Positions 56,387-64,000 of a stretch of DNA of 64,000 nucleotides are shown one piece after another. Where the stretch lies: positions 155,252-219,251 of the forward strand of contig JBCCZZ010000001.1 in the NCBI GenBank assembly GCA_039186605.1, in the 5' to 3' direction. Both the position numbers and the translations under genes were made by a program. Source of the DNA: Planctomycetota bacterium (lineage in GTDB: Bacteria; Planctomycetota; Phycisphaerae; Phycisphaerales; UBA1924). The notes beneath the pieces were generated by a model that was not told the DNA's origin, searched no databases, and saw nothing but the letters and a program-made list of their open reading frames with translations. Position 1 is the stretch's first letter; each line of letters begins with the position of its first letter.

Positions 56387-57165
56387 TCGAGTGATTCCAT
56401 GGCAACCGCAGCGGGCCATAACGAGCTGTCGCGACCCGCTGCCCGGTGTCTTTCACCGGTAGCCAGACACGATTCAACGGCAACAGCTCACGAACATGAA
56501 GATGATCGTTGAGCGTCGTCGCATTGCTGCGTTGAGAGGTTGGAATCAGTGAGGCACCGGAGCTTTGGAACGGGCTCCAAGACCGGAAGTTCAGGCAGTC
56601 ATCCGATTGATACGACGCAAAAAGGCCGCTGAAGACTGGTCCGTACCGCCGGGGTGTGGTCCCGATGTATCCAGCGTAGCGATGACTGCCAGGTAGTCAA
56701 GACCAGGTTTGGTGGCGGCACCCCGATGCGCGAAAAAGCACCAAGATTCATGCTCGGTATCAATCTACGTTGCTGGGGATCTGTAGGTCGGCAATCCGGC
56801 CAAGGGGCGGTGAGCTGGCGCGACGGGTGTTTAGCCAATACCCTTGAGGTGCGGGAGTTGCTGGGCAGCGTGCCCCGGCCCGCTTGGACATGAAGGAGCC
56901 ACGAACCTGAGCCTGGCCCGGGCTGAACGGGCCGACATCCGAACGACGCGCGAGCGTCTTTGCTGCTTCCGGAGAAACCGCCAACCTGGGCTTCGGCCCT
57001 TGAACAGGAATGGCAGCACTGGTGCCGCGCCCCCGTATGGGGGTGTCGGCCATGTGTTGTCTTCCTGTGCCCCTTGGCGGGGGCCTCCGGAGCAGCCATG
57101 GTTCGGCGCCTCCTTTTTTGGTGGACCGAACCTGCCGGCTCAGCAGCTCCGCAGGAGGTACCGCC

Positions 57166-57984
57166 ATGACACATGATCGAGTTGCCGTTGCCCTTGTTGC
57201 TGTCGCCATTGCGATCACCGGCTGTGAACGAGAGGAAGAGTCGCAATCTGCAGACAAGCGAAGGTCTATTCCCCTTGGTGTGACCGAAGAGCGAGTCGAT
57301 GACACGAGAACTCCGGCCGGCCTCCGGAACACACCCATTGCGCCAGGGATACGCCAGCCCGAACAGTCAGCACCGGCAGCCGAAGAGCTGAGCGAACCGG
57401 AGTACATACGAGTTGGTCGCGTTCGCGGCTTTCCGTATGCGGGCGTCAGGCGATGGGAAGTCCGAATCGAGATCCAGCCAGGGCACACTCGCGACGAAGT
57501 GGGATCAATCATCGAAACTGCTGCACGAGATGCCATCGCCCAGTACGGGGGAAAGGCTGCCGATGTGCTAGCCTTCGCACCGGGTGACGACACGAGCGGA
57601 ATGGCTACCATCGGCCAAGGCGTGTTTGCTCCCAATGGCAGGTGGGGAGATGCCGCCAAGGATGCGCCGATGGCGTTTCAGCTAACCGGACTACGCGACG
57701 AGTACTTCCGTACTCCGGATGGGCTCGACCGCTGGGCAGTCGGAACCACCGTCACATTGCGGAGTTCGGGTGATCGGGCAATCCGGGTGTCCAACAGTCG
57801 TGATCGATGGGATTCAGAAAGCGAGATTGCCGCTGTGACGCCAGGCACCGAAGCTTTGATCATGCAGCGGTACGTGACGCCGATTGCCTCTGATATGGAG
57901 CTGATCCGATACGAGGTGGAATTAGAGCGCGAAGGCCAGACGATTCGTGGCTGGGTCAGCCAATGGGCCGTGGAAGGCTCCTGA
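57166..57984 (+). CDS. Hypothetical lipoprotein
   Basis: Lipobox AIAITGC after a hydrophobic signal. GGAGG SD 7 nt upstream of the ATG. No recognisable domain. Confidence 0.5.
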   Translation: MTHDRVAVALVAVAIAITGCEREEESQSADKRRSIPLGVTEERVDDTRTPAGLRNTPIAPGIRQPEQSAPAAEELSEPEYIRVGRVRGFPYAGVRRWEVRIEIQPGHTRDEVGSIIETAARDAIAQYGGKAADVLAFAPGDDTSGMATIGQGVFAPNGRWGDAAKDAPMAFQLTGLRDEYFRTPDGLDRWAVGTTVTLRSSGDRAIRVSNSRDRWDSESEIAAVTPGTEALIMQRYVTPIASDMELIRYEVELEREGQTIRGWVSQWAVEGS

Positions 57985-57994
57985 TCGTGAGTAC

Positions 57995-58969
57995 CTAGCT
58001 ATCTGCTCCGGTACCACTTTCATTTTGCCACTCGCGGAATGTCGTACTTGTCCCGGCAACGCGCCACTCCTTGCGCCCGTTTGCATTGCGCGCCATGATG
58101 ACTGATGCCGCAGCGCTGGGACTCGCGAAAGGGACATCCTGACCGAACACGAAAAGTTCAGGATCATCGTCAGGGGTGAGCTTGCCTGCTTCGATCAGTT
58201 GCTCGCGAAGCCCCTTGTAGCTGGTCCACGACTCGACACCTTCACGTCGAGCGGTTGACCCCACAGAGACAACGAACTCACCGTCGATCTCACGCGCTCG
58301 CGCCGAGGCACCGACTCGATTCAGCTCGAAGATGGGTGAGCTTGACGCCAGCTCGCTCGGACCAGCCTCGACCGATGGGCGCTCGTGTAGGAAGGAGAAG
58401 CCGATCGCGGGCAGCACAAGCCGCATCTGGTCCAGAAACCCCTCCATATCAGCGATCTCCGACTCTGGAAGCGGAGGTGGCACTGGAGCCGCGCTGTTCA
58501 TCAATCGCGCGCGACCGGCTTTGCTGATCATGTCGATCAGGCGGCTCTCGAGATAACGCCCGTGAGCCTTCGTGATGTTGTCGTCCTTACTCACCACGAT
58601 GACCGTTCGAGACCAGAAGTCCTTCGAGTCGTCCTTGTCGTGGTGGGCGAGGCGCGTGGCGACACTGTCACCTTCACCGACGTACACGGCGTCTTGGCCA
58701 GTTGTGTCGGGGTCCGGGCCGACCAGGAGGTACACACCTGTCCGACGAGCTTCCTCTCGCTTTGCAGCATCAGCGAGCTGTGAGCGAGGTACGACCAAGA
58801 CCTTGCCGGTCCAGTTGATGATCTCGGCCGTCAACGTGCCGGTTGCGGTCCCGTCAACCAGATAGAGGCGGATGGTCTTGCCCTTCACAGTGAGAGCATA
58901 GCCGATAGATCTCAGGGTTCTGAAAACCAAACAAAGATCGTACAAATTGGACTTAGCCAGCGACATCGC
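57995..58969 (-). CDS. GIY-YIG/T5orf172-like nuclease-domain protein with C-terminal extension (possible DUF4357)
   Basis: GVYLLVG...AVYVGEGDSVATRLAHH fits the GIY-YIG core. Its position next to a type I R-M module is typical for this architecture. Confidence 0.45.
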   Translation of the reverse strand, partial: AMSLAKSNLYDLCLVFRTLRSIGYALTVKGKTIRLYLVDGTATGTLTAEIINWTGKVLVVPRSQLADAAKREEARRTGVYLLVGPDPDTTGQDAVYVGEGDSVATRLAHHDKDDSKDFWSRTVIVVSKDDNITKAHGRYLESRLIDMISKAGRARLMNSAAPVPPPLPESEIADMEGFLDQMRLVLPAIGFSFLHERPSVEAGPSELASSSPIFELNRVGASARAREIDGEFVVSVGSTARREGVESWTSYKGLREQLIEAGKLTPDDDPELFVFGQDVPFASPSAAASVIMARNANGRKEWRVAGTSTTFREWQNESGTGADS

Positions 58970-59282
58970 ACAATTTTTGAAAAGTAGCACCGCTACACAT
59001 TCGTAAACTTGACTCTGAGTTGTGATTCAGTATGGTTGTAGGGGGACTACTGCCTCCAAAATGACAAACGCCCGGTGCGACAACACCGGGCGAGTAGATC
59101 CTTGAACGAGGCCGAGTAGGCCGGACGCACAGGACCAGCTACGGGCATTCAACCGTCCGCCGGTGCGTCGGTCAAGTCTCGGCCGCAGAGATGAAGGGAG
59201 GTCGCTCCCAGCCGAGACAGAACGAGTGCCGTCAGACCTGGCGGCTCCTTCCCGATCGATTCACCTGACTGGAGGCACAACC

Positions 59283-59579
59283 ATGCCCACCACCTCGAGC
59301 GTCGCGAGCGAGATCGACGCACACATTCACAAGTGCGGAGGCGGATACCAGAGCTGGTACATCGGCATCGCGGCCGATCCCCGTGCCCGCCTCTTCGCCG
59401 ACCACAACGTCGCCGAGAACGGGGACGCCTGGATCTTCCGGGATGCCGGCACCGACGCCGCCGCCCGTCAGATCGAGGACCACTTCCTCCGCCTCGGATG
59501 TCGTGGCGGCGATGGTGGCGGCAGCTCCGCCACCAAGTACGTCTACGCGTACAAGATCAACTCGCACACCCGCGAGTAG
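59283..59579 (+). CDS. Small hypothetical protein with GIY-YIG/T5orf172-like motif (98 aa)
   Basis: Strong GGAGG SD. GGGYQSWYIGIAADPRARLFADH resembles the GIY...YIG...R...H motif. Confidence 0.35.
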   Translation: MPTTSSVASEIDAHIHKCGGGYQSWYIGIAADPRARLFADHNVAENGDAWIFRDAGTDAAARQIEDHFLRLGCRGGDGGGSSATKYVYAYKINSHTRE

Positions 59580-59624
59580 TAAGCACCCTCCCGTCGGCGG
59601 GCGGAAACGCCCGCCGACGCATTC

Positions 59625-60227
59625 ATGACCACACGAACAGCACAACTCGACCAGATCGCCGAGGTCTTCAGCGGTCATTACGAGAAAGGCGCTGGAAGTG
59701 ACGATCCCGCCGGTACGCATCGGCTGGTGTTCATCGCATCGATCGACCCCGCGCCAGATCATGCTCTGATCCGTCAGAGCTGCCCCCGATTCATGCCCAA
59801 GAAGGCCCCTGGCAGAGCAGTTCTCGAGCATGGTGATCTGCTGGTCCCCGCCCGTGGTGATCGATTGCACATCGCCATTATCGAGCATCCTGATGACCGC
59901 CGTCCGCTCGTGGCGGCGTCCTTCCTCCACGTAGTGAGGCCGAGGGCTGATGACCTTGATCCATATTACCTCCGTTGGTGGATTGAGTTCGGCGCTCGTG
60001 AGCGACTGCAGCAGGGCATCCAGGGCAGCAACATTCCGACGCTATCGATCAAGGTACTGCGGACTGTGGCGGTCCCGATCCCACCTCTCGATATCCAGCG
60101 TCGCATCGCCGAATTTCACGCCCTCACTGTCCGCGAATCCCAGATCATGACCGACCTGCGTGATACGAGATCGCAATTGAACAACGCCCTCGCACTCCAG
60201 GTCGCCACAGGAGCCGTCCACGCATGA
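59625..60227 (+). CDS. hsdS: Type I restriction-modification specificity subunit, half-size (single target-recognition domain)
   Basis: LDQIAEVFSG...GDLLVPARG and terminal conserved block VPIPPLDIQRRIAEF, typical of HsdS TRD plus conserved region. 200 aa. Confidence 0.55.
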   Translation: MTTRTAQLDQIAEVFSGHYEKGAGSDDPAGTHRLVFIASIDPAPDHALIRQSCPRFMPKKAPGRAVLEHGDLLVPARGDRLHIAIIEHPDDRRPLVAASFLHVVRPRADDLDPYYLRWWIEFGARERLQQGIQGSNIPTLSIKVLRTVAVPIPPLDIQRRIAEFHALTVRESQIMTDLRDTRSQLNNALALQVATGAVHA

Positions 60228-61741
60228 GCCAGACCAAGCACACCAGACCGCAGATCTCCAACGCAGTGTGGGCCGCGTGCGACACGTTCCGAGGCGCTGT
60301 CGACCCGGCGAACTACAAGAACTACGTCCTCACCATGCTCTTCCTGAAGTACCTCTCCGACATGATGCTCGACCGCCGGGACGAGCTGCTGGAGAAGTAC
60401 AAGGGCGACGAGGCTCGCGTCGAGCGTGCCCTCCGAAACGAGCGGTTCGTGCTCCCGGCGGGCTCCGACTTCCGCGACCTCTACACGAAGCGGGATGCCG
60501 ACAACATTGGTGAGCTGATCAACATCGCCCTGGCCGAGCTCGAGGACAACAACAAGGCCAAGCTCGAGAACGTCTTCAGCAACGTTGACTTCAATAGCGA
60601 GGCCGAGCTTGGCGAGACCCGCGAGCGAAACGTGCGTCTCAAGAACCTGCTGGAGGACTTCAACAAGATCGACTGCCGCCCATCACACCTCGATGGCCGA
60701 GACACGATCGGCGACGCGTACGAGGAGTTGATTGGCTGGTTCGCCGCTGGTGCTGGAAAGAAGGCTGGCGAGTTCTATACGCCGCCGGCCGTGTCGACAC
60801 TCCTCGCCAAGCTGCTCAAACCCGAGGAGGGTGCCCGCATCCTCGACCCCGCCTGCGGCTCGGGCTCGCTGCTCATCAAGGTCGCCCGCGAGGTCGGCTC
60901 GGACAACTTCGCCGTCTTCGGCCAGGAGTCCAACGGCTCCACCTGGGCCCTGTGCAAGCAGAACATGTTCCTGCACCGCATGGACCAGGCCCGCATCGAG
61001 CGGTGCGACACGCTCCGCTCACCCAAGCTCCTCGACAACGACGAGCTCATGCGGTTCGACATCGTCACCGCCAATCCCCCGTTCAGTCTCGACAAATGGG
61101 GCCAGGAGGACGCCGAGAAGGACCGCTTCAACCGCTTCTGGCGGGGCGTGCCGCCTAAGAGCCGGGGCGACTACGCGTTCATCAGCCACATGATCGAGAC
61201 CGCCCTGGAGGGGCACGGCCGCGTCGGCGTCATCGTGCCTCACGGCGTGCTCTTCCGCTCGGGGGCTGAGGGCCGCATCCGCCGCAGGCTCATCGAGGAC
61301 AACCTGCTCGACCTCATCGTCGGGCTGCCGCCCAACCTCTTCTACGGCACCGGCATCCCCGCCGCAATCCTCATCTTCGACAAGTCGCGGAAGGGGAACA
61401 CCAAGCAGGACACAGTCCTCTTCATCGACGCCAGCCGCGAGTTTGAGCAGGGCACCAACCAAAACCGTCTGACCGAGGACAACATCCAGAAGATTCTCGC
61501 GACCTACGAGGCATACGAGAGCGTCGAGAAGTACGCCCACGCCGCGACGGCCGAGGAGCTCGCCGCGAACGACTTCAACCTGAACATCCCGCGGTATGTC
61601 GACACCTTCGAGGACGAGGAGGAGATCGACATCGAGGAGACGCAGACCGAGATCGAGCGGCTTGAGAACGAGCTGACCGAGGTCCGCGGCAAGATGGCGG
61701 CAACGCTGAAGGAGCTTGGGCTTGCGACCAACATTGCCTGA
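60224..61741 (+). CDS. hsdM: Type I restriction-modification N6-adenine DNA methyltransferase subunit
   Basis: HsdM N-terminal domain (NYKNYVLTMLFLKYLSD), AdoMet-binding ILDPACGSGSLL, and catalytic DIVTANPPFS. Confidence 0.9.
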   Translation: MSQTKHTRPQISNAVWAACDTFRGAVDPANYKNYVLTMLFLKYLSDMMLDRRDELLEKYKGDEARVERALRNERFVLPAGSDFRDLYTKRDADNIGELINIALAELEDNNKAKLENVFSNVDFNSEAELGETRERNVRLKNLLEDFNKIDCRPSHLDGRDTIGDAYEELIGWFAAGAGKKAGEFYTPPAVSTLLAKLLKPEEGARILDPACGSGSLLIKVAREVGSDNFAVFGQESNGSTWALCKQNMFLHRMDQARIERCDTLRSPKLLDNDELMRFDIVTANPPFSLDKWGQEDAEKDRFNRFWRGVPPKSRGDYAFISHMIETALEGHGRVGVIVPHGVLFRSGAEGRIRRRLIEDNLLDLIVGLPPNLFYGTGIPAAILIFDKSRKGNTKQDTVLFIDASREFEQGTNQNRLTEDNIQKILATYEAYESVEKYAHAATAEELAANDFNLNIPRYVDTFEDEEEIDIEETQTEIERLENELTEVRGKMAATLKELGLATNIA

Positions 61742-62957
61742 ATCCTGGAAGTGGTGTCACCTCGACGATGTCGCGACGGTCCAGACGGGTCTTGCTCTCG
61801 GCAGGAAGGATCTGAAGGATGCCGTCGAGCGTCCGTACCTTCGCGTCGCGAATGTGCAGGATGGATACTTCGACCTCCGCGAGGTGAAGACCGTTCGTGT
61901 CGAACGCAGTAAGGTTGCGAGGCACTCCCTTCGGTACGGCGATGTTCTCCTCACCGAGGGCGGCGACTTCGACAAACTCGGACGCGGACACATCTGGCGT
62001 GATGAGGTTGCGGAGTGTCTACACCAGAACCATGTGTTCGCGGTTCGCCCGGACGATTCTGTCTTGCTGCCCGAATACCTCGCCGCAATCACCAGTGGGC
62101 CGTGGGGCCGGGCCTACTTCCTCGGGTGCTCAAAGCAGTCGACTAACTTGGCGAGCATCAACTCGACACAGGTCAAAGAGATGCCTCTGCCGCTGCCACC
62201 GCTCGACGAACAGAGTCAGATCGTTGACCGACTCACCCAGTTTGACGAGGCGAGCACATGCTTGGAGGAACTGACCGAGCACCGTCGCCAGTACCTCCGC
62301 GGCCTGATGCAGCAGCTCCTGACCGGCCGCCGCCGCCTCCCGGCGTTCGCGGGCGAGGCGTGGGATGAGGATCACCTCGGTGATCTGTTCGGTGAGCGTG
62401 CTGAAACCGGCCGGGCCGACCTGCCTCTTCTCTCCATCACCGCCGAGCGTGGCGTGATTCCTCGGGAGGAGATCGAGCGGAAGGACACTTCCAACGCGGA
62501 CAAGTCCAAGTACAAGCGGATCGCCCCCGGCGACATTGGCTACAACACAATGCGGATGTGGCAGGGCGTGTCGGCACTGTCGAGCCTGGAGGGCATCGTC
62601 AGCCCCGCGTACACGATCTGCATCCCGGGACCGAAGGTCGACGGCCGCTTCGCTCGCTGGTTCTTCAAGTTCCCGCGTGTGGTCAACCTGTTCTACCGAT
62701 ACTCGCAGGGCTTGGTGGACGACACCCTGAACCTCAAGTACCCGCACTTCGCCGAGATCAAGGTTAGTGTGCCGACCTTGCTCGATGAGCAGCGTGCCAT
62801 CGCCGACATCCTCGACACCGCTCAACGCGAGATCGAGCTGCGCGAACAGCTCCGCGAGCAGATCCAGCTCCAGAAGCGTGGCCTGATGCAGAAGCTGCTG
62901 ACCGGCGAGATCCGCGTGCCCGCCGACGAGCCTGTCACCGAGGAGGTGTCGACATGA
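61716..62957 (+). CDS. hsdS: Type I restriction-modification specificity subunit (two TRDs)
   Basis: LPESWKWCHLDDV start, central MPLPLPPLDEQSQIVDRL conserved repeat, second TRD, and terminal coiled-coil conserved region. Confidence 0.85.
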   Translation: MGLRPTLPESWKWCHLDDVATVQTGLALGRKDLKDAVERPYLRVANVQDGYFDLREVKTVRVERSKVARHSLRYGDVLLTEGGDFDKLGRGHIWRDEVAECLHQNHVFAVRPDDSVLLPEYLAAITSGPWGRAYFLGCSKQSTNLASINSTQVKEMPLPLPPLDEQSQIVDRLTQFDEASTCLEELTEHRRQYLRGLMQQLLTGRRRLPAFAGEAWDEDHLGDLFGERAETGRADLPLLSITAERGVIPREEIERKDTSNADKSKYKRIAPGDIGYNTMRMWQGVSALSSLEGIVSPAYTICIPGPKVDGRFARWFFKFPRVVNLFYRYSQGLVDDTLNLKYPHFAEIKVSVPTLLDEQRAIADILDTAQREIELREQLREQIQLQKRGLMQKLLTGEIRVPADEPVTEEVST

Positions 62958-64000
62958 CGACATCAGAGCTGCTCGACTTCAACGACGCGATCAAGCAATG
63001 CAACAAGTCTCCACACGCCTTGCTCGGCAACGGCTTCAGTGTGGCCTGCCGGCCCAATCTGTTCAACTACAGCCGTCTTCTGGACCAGGCAAACCTCACC
63101 GATCGCCCACAGGCACGCGAGGCATTCGACCGGCTCGGCACGACGGACTTCGAGATCGTGATGAACGGCCTCTCCCGGGCCGCTGAGCTTGCAGACGTGT
63201 ACGGCACCTCTGATGGGTCACTCGCCGACCGATTCCGCGAGGATGCCGAAGCCCTGAAAGAGGTCCTCGTTCAGACGATTGCCGGGACGCACCCTGACCT
63301 GCCCAAGGCGATCACTGACGGGGAGTGTGCGGCAGCGAAACGCTTCTTGTCCAACTTCCGTGGACGGGGCGACAAGCAGAAGATCTACCTGCTCAACTAT
63401 GACCTGTTGACCTACTGGGCGTTGATGCGGTCCGATGTCGAGCCGCAGCTTCAGTTCGACGACGGGTTTCGGCAGCCGGAGAACGGTCCCGAAGACTGGG
63501 TCGTGTGGGAATCGAACCGCCACAGCCAAGATCTCTTCTACCTTCATGGCGGCCTGCACATCTACCAGTCCGGTCCGGAGATCCGGAAGTTCACTTGGTG
63601 CAACACCGGCTTGCCGCTGATGGATCAGATCCGTGGGGCTCTCGACGAGAACCGGTTCCCGCTTTACGTCGCCGAAGGCACATGGCGGGACAAGATGACG
63701 CGGATCCGCCGGAGCGATTTCCTCGGCCGCGGCCGACGTAGCTTCCGACAGATCGGTGGCACGCTCTTCATCTACGGAATGTCAATGAGTGACAACGATG
63801 ACCACATCCTGCACGCCATAGCGGCTGGCAAGGTTGAGCAGCTCTTCGTCTCTGTGTACGACGATATCGGCAGCGAGGTGAATCAGGAGCTCGTAAGCCG
63901 CGCGTTGACCTTGCCAGATCGGCGAGCGACAGCAGGTGGTACAAATCCAAAGCCGCTCGAGATCAAGTTCTTTGATGCAGAGTCCGCTCAGGTATGGAGC
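62954..64000 (+). CDS. DUF4917/SIR2-like domain protein (partial, runs off window end)
   Basis: AGGAGG SD. ATG overlaps the hsdS TGA. The N-terminal LLGNGFS...FDxL block is the SIR2-like/DUF4917 signature. No stop codon before the window end. Confidence 0.5.
   Translation, partial: MTTSELLDFNDAIKQCNKSPHALLGNGFSVACRPNLFNYSRLLDQANLTDRPQAREAFDRLGTTDFEIVMNGLSRAAELADVYGTSDGSLADRFREDAEALKEVLVQTIAGTHPDLPKAITDGECAAAKRFLSNFRGRGDKQKIYLLNYDLLTYWALMRSDVEPQLQFDDGFRQPENGPEDWVVWESNRHSQDLFYLHGGLHIYQSGPEIRKFTWCNTGLPLMDQIRGALDENRFPLYVAEGTWRDKMTRIRRSDFLGRGRRSFRQIGGTLFIYGMSMSDNDDHILHAIAAGKVEQLFVSVYDDIGSEVNQELVSRALTLPDRRATAGGTNPKPLEIKFFDAESAQVWS

Noticed and set aside
59625-60227. Alternative reading of the half-size hsdS as part of an inverting hsdS shufflon
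   Set aside because: Both hsdS copies are on the same strand, and no recombinase or obvious inverted repeats flank them. Without alignment tools a shufflon cannot be excluded.
1-64000. CRISPR arrays, rRNA genes, IS elements with terminal inverted repeats
   Set aside because: No regularly spaced direct repeats, no rRNA-like conserved stretches, and no transposase-like ORFs were seen by inspection. The only clear mobile-element signature is the tRNA-linked integrase island.

Overview
High-GC (~65-70%) bacterial chromosome segment, probably Planctomycetota (inferred from an exosortase with a PEP-CTERM-like cargo, a type-IV-pilin-like/DUF1559-type protein, an ECF sigma factor paired with a Ser/Thr kinase, and frequent ATGA/GTGA start-stop overlaps). 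Main blocks are listed below.

- **1-20.3 kb:** exosortase/PEP-CTERM-type exopolysaccharide locus. It contains an asparagine-synthase-like amidotransferase (partial), Alg14/Alg13-like glycosyltransferase pair, a UDP-sugar dehydrogenase, an NTP-transferase-like gene, the exosortase, an EpsI-like gene, a Wzc-like chain-length/tyrosine-kinase protein, a polyprenyl-phosphate sugar transferase with an unusual N-terminal domain, a 1385-aa TPR protein, a PEP-CTERM-like cargo gene, rfbBDA, a GT2 gene, a pilin-like DUF1559-type gene and a secreted protein with dockerin-like repeats.
- **20.4-24.4 kb:** otsA plus an otsB-GH15 fusion.
- **24.7-31.2 kb:** the most unusual region. A four-gene same-strand operon encodes a DUF3467-like small protein, an HlyD-family adaptor with cytoplasmic tandem GAF-like domains, a site-2 (M50) protease fused to an N-terminal PqqD/RRE-like domain and a C-terminal HlyD-like domain, and a SecA paralog reduced to its motor domains. 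This is a candidate undescribed peptide/protein processing-export system. An SPFH/flotillin gene lies convergent to it.
- **32.8-43.1 kb:** housekeeping genes (xth, M24 peptidase, rfbC, TAT-secreted amidase, LMW phosphotyrosine phosphatase, proS, MCP).
- **43.3-48.1 kb:** trans-4-hydroxyproline catabolic cluster.
- **48.2 kb:** tRNA-Gly-like 5' fragment.
- **48.3-51.8 kb:** ECF sigma factor plus TPR Ser/Thr kinase.
- **52.0 kb:** tRNA-Gly(CCC), followed by an integrase-bearing genomic island that runs to the end of the window. The island carries an integrase, two HTH genes, a P4-type primase, GIY-YIG-like genes, a type I R-M system (extra half hsdS, hsdM, hsdS) and a DUF4917/SIR2-like gene.

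No CRISPR arrays or rRNA genes were seen. All domain calls are by eye from motifs in the translations; no database search was possible.
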